Shown here in pieces: positions 30,234-43,000 of a DNA stretch of 64,000 nucleotides. Below the pieces are notes generated by a model. The model was not told where the DNA came from. It did not search any database and saw only the letters and a program-made list of their open reading frames with translations. Position numbers and translations under genes: made by a program. The DNA is from a virus, in the IMG/VR virus record IMGVR_UViG_3300027754_004232, positions 28,194 through 92,193 of that record; one strand, given 5' to 3'. Position 1 is the first letter of the stretch. Each line of letters opens with the position of its first letter.

Positions 30234-30241
30234 TTTTTCAC

Positions 30242-31600
30242 CTAGTTGTAATTCCAAACTACAGAACGAGTTATTTTACCAGTCTTATAATCATAAGTCA
30301 CATCATCTTTTTCAACAAACATATCCGTTGAATTTGGCGTATAGGTATCAACATCTATTGGAATCTTTATTTTTCCAACAGAATCAAATGGATCATTATA
30401 TAACACCTCTACATTTACAGTTTTAACACCATTTTTTTTCGTTGTTAATCTTTGTATAATTGGCCCTTCTGGTTTACCAATTGCTACAATTGAAACAAAA
30501 TTAATTAAGGGTGGCGTATCTGTCCAAGTAATAGATTTTGTTCTTTCTCCAGTTTCTTCTATGCCTTCAGAAATATCTACAGAAAAGGTTATTACTCCAG
30601 ATATTTTATTTGTTCCTTCAGAAATAGACTTTACTTTACCAGTTATTGCTCCAATAGTGTATGTCTCACCTATTTTCCACCCATTGGCTTGTTTGATTGC
30701 TTTTAATTTATCCTCTGCATTCTTATACTTTGTCTTCCCTTCGCCTTCATATCCAGTTATAGTTCCTTGCAAACTTGCAGATTTATATATAGATTCAGAA
30801 GATTCTTTAGTATTTATTGTTTGTTCTATTACATATGGATTAGTTGATATAATCCAAGACTCATTGCATTCCACGCTATTCTTATAAGTGTTTACTGAAT
30901 AGCTAGTTGTTTTGTTATAAACACCACCTGTTGGAACAGTTAGATATGTAGAAGCATCTACAATTGAAGTAGATGGCTTTAATTTTTTAACTGCTAAATT
31001 ATAATCTTTTTCTGTTAAAACTTCAGTATCTACACTCTTTACTTGTATACTTCTAGTTCTATTTATTTTTACAAATCTTCCGTATTCATCTGCTGGATCT
31101 AATGACCAAGTTTCATCTGGTTCTTGTGTATCTAAAACTATCTGCTCTAAGGATATTGTATAATCGCATATTAAACTTGCTTCGTTAATTTGAAAGTTTT
31201 TTGATTTTAATTTAAATTTTTCATTTAGGTCTGGTAATTGAGATAAATTTGGTCCAACTATTGGTGTTGTTATATTTATATTATTTATGTCATGAACTAA
31301 TACTAATTCTAAATTTGCTATTTTATCTCTAAGTAAAGTCAACTTTTTTTTGTCTATATCTAATGGAGTTACATCAGTTGGCTCTAGCTCTCCTTGCACT
31401 GGATCAACAGCTAAAATTTTTCCTTTCAAATCCACTTGTCTTGTAATTGTTTTTACTTCACCATTCTCTGTAAATTCTGATTGTTGACTAATACTCATTA
31501 ATGGAGTTGGTACTAGTTCTTTTCCATTTAATGTCATGGCCATGTTATTTGGCGTTAATCGTTGTTTAGGAATCGTATAGAATGGTCCATTCGTAGGCAT
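30242..31600 (-). CDS. Putative distal tail protein (paralog of 31610..32989)
   Basis: Position after the TMP. Shares DE(T/S)WS, (Q/E)GTITG and GPI(I/F)Q motifs with its neighbour. Confidence 0.5.
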   Translation of the reverse strand: MPTNGPFYTIPKQRLTPNNMAMTLNGKELVPTPLMSISQQSEFTENGEVKTITRQVDLKGKILAVDPVQGELEPTDVTPLDIDKKKLTLLRDKIANLELVLVHDINNINITTPIVGPNLSQLPDLNEKFKLKSKNFQINEASLICDYTISLEQIVLDTQEPDETWSLDPADEYGRFVKINRTRSIQVKSVDTEVLTEKDYNLAVKKLKPSTSIVDASTYLTVPTGGVYNKTTSYSVNTYKNSVECNESWIISTNPYVIEQTINTKESSESIYKSASLQGTITGYEGEGKTKYKNAEDKLKAIKQANGWKIGETYTIGAITGKVKSISEGTNKISGVITFSVDISEGIEETGERTKSITWTDTPPLINFVSIVAIGKPEGPIIQRLTTKKNGVKTVNVEVLYNDPFDSVGKIKIPIDVDTYTPNSTDMFVEKDDVTYDYKTGKITRSVVWNYN

Positions 31601-31609
31601 ATAGTGTTC

Positions 31610-32989
31610 CTAGTATGGTCTTGGTATTGCGGTTTTTAACACGGCAAAATTAACAGTAGGAGTAGTTGGAAAATCTTTAATTGAATCGTCTGCCCAAATA
31701 AATGTTGTTGTCCTTGATATTTTTTTATTTTGTGCAGTAAAGTTAATAGAGTCTGATTCGATAACACTTCCTGCTGGTTCATATCCAGTTAATGTATCTG
31801 GAGTAGCCTCAGTTCCAATTCTTTCTATTGTTACAGACATAGCCCTTACTTTTTTTGTATTAATATCTTGAAATATTGGTCCAGAAGTTCCGTATATTGT
31901 ATTATGAATAACATAATTTTTAAGTGATTTTGCCTTTGGATTAAAAAGAGTTACGCTTATAGATTCACTTTTAAATGCTGCACCAGTTGGTCTAGTCATA
32001 TTTTCAATTTCATAATTATAATTAATAATTCCCTTTTCTAAATCTTTAGTTTCTGAAAATGATGTTACTGTCAATGTTAAATACTTTTGATCTAATGCTA
32101 ATTTTACAGTTCCCCATAAAACATTAGCAGCAGCATACCTATCACCACTTGATAATGCATTAAGACCAGTTATTGTTCCTTCAATACTCAAACTTTCTCT
32201 TAAGCTTTCAGTTGTTGATTTATCTGTCACTGTTTGCTCATGGTAAGCATAGGCATCTTGATCTAATTCAGAATTAAAAATTGTAGAATTATGATAAACA
32301 AGATTTATTTCGGCAGAAAACTCACCACTGTTTGGATTAACATTATAACTAATTAATTTATTGCAGGGAGTGGCATAAGTAGTTGTATAAGTATCTGTAG
32401 AAGCTATCTTTATGTCTAATGGAATTAAATCATTTATCTTTTTTAAAACTTCTGTTTTTGATATTTCCCAACCTTTTTTTGTGCCAACAGATTTTGATTT
32501 TGCTGAAATTTTATGATTAACTTTAGTTAATCTTAAGTCTTCTTGATTGTATTCAGTACTCCAAGATTCATCTACATCTGCTGGATTAACATTTGAAAGT
32601 GTTTTAGGGTCTGGAATTGTTTGTAATCCAATAGCTATCGAATCAGCTTCCATTTCAATTGTATAATCACAAAAATCAACCCATACATCTTCTTTAAAGC
32701 TAATGCTTTTTACTCTAGGAAGAAACTTAAATGGGAGTGTTGCATCTCTTGGTTGAACTTCAAAATATTGAGTGGATGCATTTGAATATTGTTTAAACTG
32801 ATTTAATATCGCTGTTTGTCTTGCAAGAATGAATGCTTTTTTATTTTCTGTAGATAATGTTTGACTTGCCACAATTTTTGCTGATACAGATATACTAAAT
32901 AAATATAATTTTGCTTTTCCATTTTCGTAGAATTGAACATCTTCTGTAATAGAAAAGGATTGAATCGGATCTGTTAATGTTCCAGCCAT
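31610..32989 (-). CDS. Putative distal tail protein (paralog of 30242..31600)
   Basis: Position after the TMP, shared motifs and similar length (459 vs 452 aa). Confidence 0.5.
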   Translation of the reverse strand: MAGTLTDPIQSFSITEDVQFYENGKAKLYLFSISVSAKIVASQTLSTENKKAFILARQTAILNQFKQYSNASTQYFEVQPRDATLPFKFLPRVKSISFKEDVWVDFCDYTIEMEADSIAIGLQTIPDPKTLSNVNPADVDESWSTEYNQEDLRLTKVNHKISAKSKSVGTKKGWEISKTEVLKKINDLIPLDIKIASTDTYTTTYATPCNKLISYNVNPNSGEFSAEINLVYHNSTIFNSELDQDAYAYHEQTVTDKSTTESLRESLSIEGTITGLNALSSGDRYAAANVLWGTVKLALDQKYLTLTVTSFSETKDLEKGIINYNYEIENMTRPTGAAFKSESISVTLFNPKAKSLKNYVIHNTIYGTSGPIFQDINTKKVRAMSVTIERIGTEATPDTLTGYEPAGSVIESDSINFTAQNKKISRTTTFIWADDSIKDFPTTPTVNFAVLKTAIPRPY

Positions 32990-32991
32990 AT

Positions 32992-34044
32992 TTAATCCTC
33001 AAAACCATGAATGTATAATTCTACATTACCATTGAATGGTTGATTTGTTTCTGGAATTACTAACTCTATTGAATCAAAATAAGTATCTTTTGTATATATA
33101 TTAAAGTCAATACTACTAGTTATTGCAGGAGAAGCACCATAAGCTATTAATGGCACAGAATTCCAAGTTGCCTCAATATCTCTTTGTATAAATAGTTCCA
33201 TAGATGAATTGCTTGGTATTCCATTAAATGTAGTTCCAAGACCAATTATAGTTATGTTTAATGAATTATAAATTGATTTATATTCGTTGCTCAAGTAAAG
33301 ATTTAAACTTTTAAACATTTTTAAATTTTCAAAATTGCCATCAATAAATAAATTAATAAAGTTAGTGCTATTACCTATTTCGCTGACCTTTAAAAACAAT
33401 TCAAAATTTTGTTGTGTGATACTGTTTATGTATAGATCAACAACATTTATTTGTGTGTCTATTGTTGAGCCATAAATATTAAAATCTATATTAGTATTTT
33501 GTAAAGATATAGCTAAACTAGATATGTATAAGTCTTTGCTTGATTCCATAAATGATTTTATGTAAAGATCTTGACTGTCTTGATATTCATACCAATATTT
33601 TATAAATAAGTTAATTGAACTTTGAGGAAAAGATTTTAAATATAAATTTATTTGTTCTTGTGTGTCTGACTGTAAATACAATGCTATTGCACCAACATCT
33701 CCTATAGATGATTTTATATATAAAGAAACGCTATTTTCAAAAGATGACTTTAAGAATAAATTTTTTGTATTAAATATTTTTTTGGGTGGAACCATTGATA
33801 TTGTTGGTGCTGGTGCTGAACCTAATGATGTTAGCCATCCTGTTAGCGGTGGACTTCCTGCACTTGCGGTATTATAGTAATAAATGCTTGAAAAATGACG
33901 AATAGTCCACTGAGATAGTCCTGAGTCATAGGCTAACACATAATTTGAATCTACGCTATTTTGATACAAATAACCGCTGGCAAACACAAATGTGCCATTA
34001 AAGTTTCCACCACTGCCAGCACCAGCAATAATATAATTTGCCAT
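32992..34044 (-). CDS. Putative tail protein with short LY(I/L)KS-type repeats
   Basis: Immediately downstream of the TMP. Recurrent INLYLKS, DLYIKS and ELFIQ-type strands. Confidence 0.5.
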   Translation of the reverse strand: MANYIIAGAGSGGNFNGTFVFASGYLYQNSVDSNYVLAYDSGLSQWTIRHFSSIYYYNTASAGSPPLTGWLTSLGSAPAPTISMVPPKKIFNTKNLFLKSSFENSVSLYIKSSIGDVGAIALYLQSDTQEQINLYLKSFPQSSINLFIKYWYEYQDSQDLYIKSFMESSKDLYISSLAISLQNTNIDFNIYGSTIDTQINVVDLYINSITQQNFELFLKVSEIGNSTNFINLFIDGNFENLKMFKSLNLYLSNEYKSIYNSLNITIIGLGTTFNGIPSNSSMELFIQRDIEATWNSVPLIAYGASPAITSSIDFNIYTKDTYFDSIELVIPETNQPFNGNVELYIHGFED

Positions 34045-34053
34045 ATTTATACC

Positions 34054-37000
34054 TTAACCCATTTCATCTGTTATTTGCCTATCTATTTCACTAGTTATCC
34101 ATCCTTTTAGAGACTCAGTAGCATCTGTTACTGCTGCATAAACACTACTAGTATCAAAATTAACATTTAATGAAGCATTTAAAGTGCCCATTATTTCTAA
34201 ATTTAATGTTCCTGGTATTCTATTTATTGCAGCACTTAATTCATCTACATATGTTTTAAATTTTTCTAATGATGAGCTAAAACCGCTGTTAAATCCTGTT
34301 GAATTTGTACCAAATTGTGTAACTGCATTATTAAATTTATCTATTGGTCCTGATCCTATTTTTATTTCAGTTTTTAGTATTCTTGAAAGTTCTTCAAAAC
34401 TAGACTTTGCTATGTTTATTTGATTGTTATTGTTAGAACCGCCATCTGGCCTGTTCATTCTTGATATAGCAGCATCAAATCTTGATGTTCCATTATTAAA
34501 TGTTATTGCAGCTTGCAAAAGTAAGCCAGATGTTTTGCCTCCACTATTTGTTCTTCCTCCAGCATAATAACCAACAGTACCACCATTTGCAAAACCTTCA
34601 ACATCTTTTCCAGTATTTATTGCATGTAGTAAAGAAGCATTCTTAGATGATTGTCTTGCATTAACAACAAACTCACCTGGAGTTAACATGGCTGGAATAG
34701 TGTCAGAGCTAGATGATGGTATTCCACCTTTAGAAAAATATAATTCTTCATTGGCCATAGCATCTTGTTGTGCTTGTAATGCTTCCATCTTAGCTTTTAA
34801 CTGCTCTATTTCTCCTATGCTTTGTTTAGGATCTGTTTTTACTACTGCGTTTGTATTATCTGGTTTCTTATCTTTTACATCTGGTGGAGTTGTTGTTGGT
34901 TGAGTAGGTGGCAGTAAAGGCATAGTCCTTGTTTGTTTTTGTTTTTGTTGTTCTTGTTTTTGCTCTTGTTCTTTTGCTAATTGTATTGGCTTTGTTTCTA
35001 TTGCATATGAACCAAGCTCCTGTGGTCCTTCAGCATAATTCCCTGCATCTCCAATTCTGCTCACACCAGCTTTTTTATTAGCATCTGGCCCTTTGAAGAA
35101 ATTAAATCCAAGTTGTTTTTCAAAATTTTTGCTAAGAACCTCATTTCTACTATTTCTCTGTGCATCTCCTGCCTTAAGATTCATTTCATATATCTGCTGC
35201 TTATCACCAGATTGAATTGCTTCCATCATTCCTTTTTGAGTAATACCAGCATTTTTTAATCGCTTTTCAAAACTAGTTGAACTATCTCCATAAGCAAGAT
35301 ATTCTATTAAACCACCAGTTGCTGAATAACCAACATCTTGCCCACTATTTATCGCACTTAATAAATCGCCATGTTTAGCAGTAGCACCAGCATTTATTAC
35401 AAACTCACCAGGAGATAGCATAGCAGGTACTGTATCTGTACCTTTAGGCTTAAAGTAAGATGGATTAGGGTTTGGTCTATATGATGGAACATTACCGCCA
35501 GTTGCAAGGTAGTTTACTACTCCACCAACTGACATGCCTGTGGCTCTAGCATCTCGCATTCTCTGATACTTTTGCATAATTCTAATTCGGCCTTCATTAT
35601 CTCCTTGTTCAAGTGCTGCAATTTCATCAGCTTGATTTCTATCATCGATTTGATTAACCAATTGCACTCCACCTTGCTGTGGGGTTATTTCTCCCCTTCT
35701 TGTGCGATTTGCAATACTGTTTGCATCATCTGATGGTAATGGGCCGTTTGATGATTTAACAACATTTGTTTGTGATTTACTATTAGGATCTGATTCTGCT
35801 TTTTTATTTGGTTCTTGTCCATCACCCTTAATTTGTTTTGATATCTCCACTAATCTTTGATATGTATTTTTATTTTCTAATAATGCAATTGTTGCTTGTC
35901 TTTCAAATATTGTTTTTCCTTCATCATCTTGTTTTGGGAAAGAATTTACTCTAAACAAACCACCATCCATTAATCCTTGAACAACATCTTCTTTATTTGC
36001 TGGAAAATTTAAATAACCATAATTACTAATACTTGCTGTAGCATCAAGAGCCTTCAATACATTATTGTCTAATCCACTTTTATATGGATATAAACCTTTT
36101 GCCATTAATACTTCTATTATTTGCTCATTATCCATTTGTGGAACAGCAGTTCTAAAATCAGTCGCACTAAAGTCTATTTCTGTATCTACCTTCTTGCCAA
36201 AATTTACATTTCCTATTCCATTTTCACCTATACCATTACCTGTTAATTTTCCAAATCTTGTAAACGATTGAATATTTTTATCAGACTTTTCTTCTAAAAC
36301 TTCAAGAAAACCTCTTCCTTTTTTTATTTGATTTGTGCTTGCAAATAATTTATTAGCTTTTCCTTCTCTATCTAAAAACATTAATGCTTCAAATATACCT
36401 TGTGCTTGTGCAGTTATAAATTCTGGATCACCACTAATATCAGATCTTTTTGCTTTTTCTTTTATTAATTTTTCAACTAAAACTTGTGGGTCTTTAGTTA
36501 TAGCTTTTCCATATGTTTCTATATATGAAGCCATCTCTGGACCTTTTGAAGTTGCTGCCTTTTCAAAAGAGTTCATGGTTATAAATGAATCAACTATTTT
36601 CTTTTGTCCTGCTGATATATTTGATAACGACTTTTTATCTATAGTTGTTTCCTCTCCTTTTATTAATTTTTGAAGTTCTTGTTGCCCAACTTCAAAAGCA
36701 AACTTTGGCGTTATTCCTGTTGGATCTTCTTCTGGATTATCTTGTATTAATTTCATTTTTCCAATAATTGCCTGTGCCTGTGCCTCTCTTTGCAAATATA
36801 TTTTTGCTATTGCTTCTGGACTTCCTTTTCTTCTAAAGAAATAATTGTCTTCTTTTGCACCCTTTTCTTTAATGAATTTATCTACATTTTGTGATCCTAC
36901 TTCATTAATTAAACCGCTATTTACATAGTCACCTTGAATGCCTGACTCTTTAAGTTTTGCTTTTTGTTTTTCTATATCTTTTGTTTTAGCAATAGCACCT

Positions 37001-40000
37001 TGTTTATCTAAAACATTTGAAGTGTCTAATTTTGCTGCTGTATCTTTTTTAAATTTAGCTTCTTTTTCATTTTTTAATCTTTGCTGTTCATCTGCTATTT
37101 TTTGTTTTTCTTCTGCTATTCTTTTATCAAATTGTTTTTTTGCATCATTAATTTCTTGTGTATAATTCATCTGTCCTTTTTGTTTTATTCCTAATGCAAA
37201 ATCAACATAACCTTTAGATGATTCATTTACTTTTATTTGTTTTTTACCAAGGTTAGTTTCTGGAAAGTATTTATCAAATTCTGCTTTAGAAGGTATTAAA
37301 TTCGACACACCTAAACTTAAAGTTGAAAGAAGACTATTTTGAACAACTGCTGCTCCTTGACCGCTAGATATCTCATCTTTAATCGTTCTATATTCACTTG
37401 AAAAATAATCTATCCCTCTATCTCTTGATTTTTTATCAATTTCTGCTTGTGAATTAAAAAGATTTAACTTAGATTCTTTAGAAAGTCCAACATCATAATT
37501 ATCTAATTCTTTACCAAGTTTTCCTGATTCAACAGTTTTATTTGCTAGTGTAGTGAAATTTTCATTATATAACTTTATTATATTTTGTTTTTCATCGCTT
37601 TTTGTAATAGCTTTATTTATAGTTGAAGGCCAATTTCTAGAAGAACCGAATACTACATTTGATTCCTTTAAATAATCATCATTTCTTTTTTCTTCATTTA
37701 GTTTGTCCGCTTTAGTTTTTAATTCTCCAGAAAAACTAGCTACTTGCAAATATTTTTGTTTAATAGCATTTTTATATTCATCGCTATTCATAAATTCTAA
37801 ATTGGAAGATGCATTATTAATTGTATTATTGATATAACCAGCAATACCACCTCCAGCTAAATAAGATGTTTTTCCACTATTTATAGATTGTAATAATGGT
37901 AGATTTTGTTGTGTCGCACTTCTATTTACTACAAATTCTCCTGGTGTCAACATTGCAGGAACTGTATCTGTACCCCTTGGTTTAAATACTGAACCACCAA
38001 CAGCAAAAGCTGAAACTTGAGGTTTGGCTTCTGCACTTGGCAATTGTTGAATTCCACCAAGTCCATTTATAGCTTCATTTAAAGCTTTTATTCTTGCTTC
38101 AGCATTTGTTGCAGCAGTGGATAATCCTTCACCAACTCCAAGTTGAAGTTCTTTTATACTGGCCAAAGCTCTATCAAATTGATCAAATGATATTTCATTT
38201 CCAGCTAATTTTTGTGCTAAACTATTTAATTTTTCTTCAATTCCAGAACCTTTAAAATCACCTTGTATTTTTGTTTGTTCTGTATTAAGTTCCTTGCCTT
38301 TTTGTTCATGAAATTGATTTCTTGCTAAACGCAATGAATCTTTTCCTTTTCCTTCACTTATCTTTTCTTGAGTAATCTCTCTTATTTTTTGAGCTTCACT
38401 TGCCTTATACCCCCCTTCATTTACTAATGTGTTTTCAATTTCACTAGTATTAGTAATAACACCACCAACTGTTTTTATGTTGGTAGGAACTTTTCGTTCA
38501 CCTTTTTCAGCTAAACTTGTTTGTTCTTGTTTGTTTTTTGCTAAAGCTGTAACTTGTCCTTTATATGTATTCAATTTTTGAAAATCTTCTTTAGTATTAA
38601 ATCCAGATTCACCTAAAAATTTACCTTCTTTTTGAACATCTTTAATCTGTGCTACTTTTTGTTGTTCTTTTCCTTTTTCTGCACTTAAACTATTCTTTTG
38701 CATCTCCTGAGTAAACTTTTGTAGCTCAGAATAAAACTTTTCATTTCTTGAATCTAAATTACTAAAATAATCTTGTTGCAATGATTGCTGATTAGCTATT
38801 ATCTGTCTTTGTGCTTCTTCTTGTTGAGCAAAAATTCTAGCTTGTTCTGCAATAAGAGCCTTCTCTTCTGCTTTATCATCCTTACCAGCACCATATCCAT
38901 TAGCATCAAGTATTTGATCTTGTATTTTCTTTCCCGCAGCACCAAAATTATCTAAAAAATCAAATAAAATAGCATTTTGCTCCGTACTCATCCCTTGAAG
39001 GCTACCGCCACTAGCTTGTACTTGATTAAAAATTGCCTGTCCTTGCAACATTTTTTGCTGTTCTTCTGGACCTTGTGTCAATAGCTTTCTTCCTAAAGAT
39101 CTTTTCTCATCTATGTTTTGTCTAACTTGTGAAAGTTTAGCTTGTGCTGCTTCTAATTTCTTTGATTGATCAGTAAGGCTTTTTAATGCATCATTTAAAT
39201 TAGATGATTGAGATTTTAATTTTGTTAATTCTAATGCTGCACTTCTAAAGTCTGCACCACCATTTGTAGACTTATTTGTATTTAATACTTTCTCTTCTTG
39301 AACTCTTATTTGTTGTTGTGTGCTTTTTAATCTAGAAGCTATGGCAGCAGGGTTTTCTGCTGCACCAGCACCAAAACCAGTTAATCTTTGTTGTTGTTCA
39401 GAAAAGTCATTTCTTGCACCTTGTAAGTTTATACTTTCTGCTGCCCCTTGTTGTACTCCAGGAAGTCTCTGTATTTCATTAGCTGCAAAAGATCTAGATT
39501 TACTTCTTAGTTCAGAAAGTTTACCTATTTGATCCCCAATAGCTTTCTGTCTTTTTGCTAAATCTTCAAGTCCACTTATGTATTTATTTCCAGCATCAGT
39601 TAATTTGCTATCTATTTCATTAAATGCACTTATGAGTGGATCACTAATGTCAGACATTAATTTTTGAGTTGCTTTAGAAACATCTCCACCAGCTTCAGCC
39701 AACAATTTAGTAAAGTCTTCTGACGATACTTTTCCACCAACAGAACTTACTACTTGATCAGCAGCAGCACCTGTTATTCCTCTTGCTTTTAATCCTTCTT
39801 TCAATGCATCAGTTATTTGTGTTGATGTGTCCTTTCCAGATATTGGATTAGCTACAGATTGTGCAAGAATGTCTGGTAAAATTTGACTTGCTGCATTTAC
39901 TGCATTGCCTTGACTCTTAAATTGTTCTCCATAAACACCTAATGCACCAGAAGATTCAGTTATTGCTGCATTAAATTTTGCAAAATCAGGAGTTGAACCA

Positions 40001-43000
40001 CCGCTTTTTTCTGCAAAAGAAGTTAACTTTGTTGATCCAATTGAACCTTCAAATAATGATGAATTTGTATCTAACTTTGATGAGAATGAATCAGCAGATG
40101 CAGCAGCAGCATTAACCGCATTACTAAGTGACTGCATTGAATTTATAGCTCTTGCATTTTCTTGTACTGCTTTAGTAGTTACAGACTTTATTTTTTCTGC
40201 TTGGAAAGACTCTTGTAGTGTTTTTATAAATTGTTTTTCTGCATCTGCAATACTAATATCTTGAGCAGAAGCAATCTTAGCAATTTGTTCTTTTCCAGAC
40301 CCACCACCAGCGGACCTTAAATCTTTAAGTAATCCACCCTTAAGATCTTCAAAATTTGTTGTGGCTATATCTCCACCACCAGATTTTATTTTTAATGCTG
40401 CATCTTTACCTATTTGTTCACTGTATTTATTTAAAACATTAGTCAATGGTCCTATTTGTGCAGCGTTAGTTTCTTTTGAAGATTTAGACAATGTTTCATT
40501 ATACTTTTTTTGATTTACATCAGTTCCAGTAAGCCCAAAACTAATAGTGTTTAAGCCTTTCATAAAACTACTATTGTTGCCACCAGATTCTTCATATGCT
40601 TTTGTGGCGTTTTCTTCAGTCACAACTTTTTGATTTTCGGATATTTTTCGTAATGTGGAATCATTTACTTCAAGTAAACCACTTGAAACTCTTTCAAATA
40701 TATTTTGCAAATTATTTAATGCTTGAGCAATTTTTGCTTCTCTTATTTCAGCTTCTGCTTGTTTTATTCCATTGTGGTATCCTTCTATTGCACCAACTAT
40801 TCCAGCTATTCCAGCACCCACACCAGCAACAACTGGGCCAAATTTAGCTAATGATTGACCAGCAACAGCAGCGTATGTGCTTGCTGAACTTAGTGCTGCA
40901 CCAAAAGCTTGTGCTGATTTAAAACTAGATGCTGCACCTTCATCTACCTTTACAGTATCTCCTTCGCCCTTAGAAACTATTCCCGCTGCTGTTCCACCCG
41001 AAGACTTAATTCTTTCACTTAAAAAACTAGCACCCACAGCAGCAGTAGTTAGTCTGTTAGCTACAGTACTTCCTCTTGATTGTTTAAACTGTTGATCTCC
41101 TTCTGAACCAGTTTCAAAGTCAGTTCTTTTTGCACCAAAAAGTGCCCTTTCTCCAAAATCTTTTAATGCTCCACCTTTTGTTAGTTCTCCAGTTTCCTTA
41201 TATCCACCACCAACAAGTTTTTTACCTAAACCAGTATCTCCAGTTATTTCTCCTTGAGCATTAGTCTGTAGTTTTCTTTGCCCTTTACTGGCCTGATTAA
41301 CATAATTATCTACAACTGATTGTACTTGTATATCATTTACTGGCTTTCCTCTTTTTACTGCATCTGCTCTGACTTGTTTTTCTACTCCAGTTCTATATTC
41401 GCCCAAAGCTTCTTGCTTTAAATTTTTCTTGTCTTCCTTAGTAGCCTTTCGGTTAAATGTTGCCTCAAAATTTGCGGTTTTTTGTTTAACAATATCACTT
41501 ATTGATCCTGGACCCCTAGATGATTGTTCACCAACAACTTTATTGTTTTTTGTTACTTCTCCAGATTTATTTACTTTGTATTGGTCTAAATCTACTTTTG
41601 CTTTTGATTGTTCGTCTTCTGCTGTTTTATATTTTGCTTGATCAGCAGCAACAGTTTTCTGAAGTGGTACAAGCCTAGATTTTTCAGATACAAGTTCCCT
41701 TCTTTTATCTGCCAATTGATTGTTTACGCTGTCTAATTTTTTTTGTGCTCTAGCATCACCTGGGTTTGCTCTAAGAAAAGCTTCTTGTTTTTTTTGTGCT
41801 GCTTCAAGACCCTTAATTCCTTTGGATAAATTTTCAGTTACTGTTTGTTGATCTTCTAATGTTTTTGTTGATCTTTCAAGCTGTTGCTTAAGTCTATTCG
41901 CTTCTGCTGATGTATCTACTAATTTTTGCCCTTTTGTTTTAATATCGTTATAGCTAGTTGCTGCTTTAGTTCTTGCCTGACTTCGAGTTAAATCTGGATT
42001 ATTTTGCATCTGCTGATCAACTAGTTGCTTTGCTAATCTAGCCATTTTTCTAGGGTCTGCTGGATCAAAAGTATTGTCCTCACTTAATGGTGTGCCACCC
42101 TTGCCTAATTTTACTGAGCCACCTCTAGCAAATTTAGCAAACTGATTCATAGCATGTAATTTTGAAGAACCAATCTTGTTTGCTTCTTGTGGACTATATA
42201 TGTATTCACCTGGCATTACTAATGCAGGAACAGTACCACCACTAGCAAATCTTGAGGCTTTTGCTAAATTATCTGCACCTATCTTATTAACTGAAGACTT
42301 TCTAATTACAAAAGAGCCTTCGGGCAAATCCATAGGAACAGTGTCGGAGTTTCCAGTTCCTGGTACTAATCCACCAGTTGCAAACCTACCTTTTTTGGTT
42401 CTAGATGTAGCAGCAATACCAGCTAATAATCTTTGGTATTCAGCTTCTTGTGCATCATAGGAAGCTGTATTGCTTGTATTTTTTGTAGCTCTAGGTTTTC
42501 TTGGCTTTCTTGGTTTTTTTACTTTAGCATAAGGATCATAATTATCTTCTGGAATCTGTGTGTTTGGTAAACTTACAATTGGCTTTGCTGCTTGTGCCTG
42601 TGGTTTTAATTCCGATACGACTGGCTTTGCAATCGCTATTGGTATTGTTGCTTGTGCCTGTGGTTTTGTTTCTGAAACGACTGGCTTTGCAGTCGCTGTA
42701 GATCTCAAGCTCCTTAAGTTTTCTGCCAAATTTTCATTCGCTATTCCTCTTTCTCTTACTCTATTTGATTGTCTTTCATTTAATCTAAGATTTCCTTTAA
42801 TGCGATTTTCTGCTGATGTATCTCTAAGTCGTTTTAAGGCATCAGCATTATCTTTAATCTTCTGTTCTTGTGTTCCATATGAGCCTATTTTGGCAAGTTC
42901 CATTTCATCAAATAAAGTTTTTTCTTGTGCAGGAGCAGACTGCTTTCTTGATATGTTATATCTTTCGGACTCTGTTTTCGGAGTTCTTGGTTCTTTTTTA

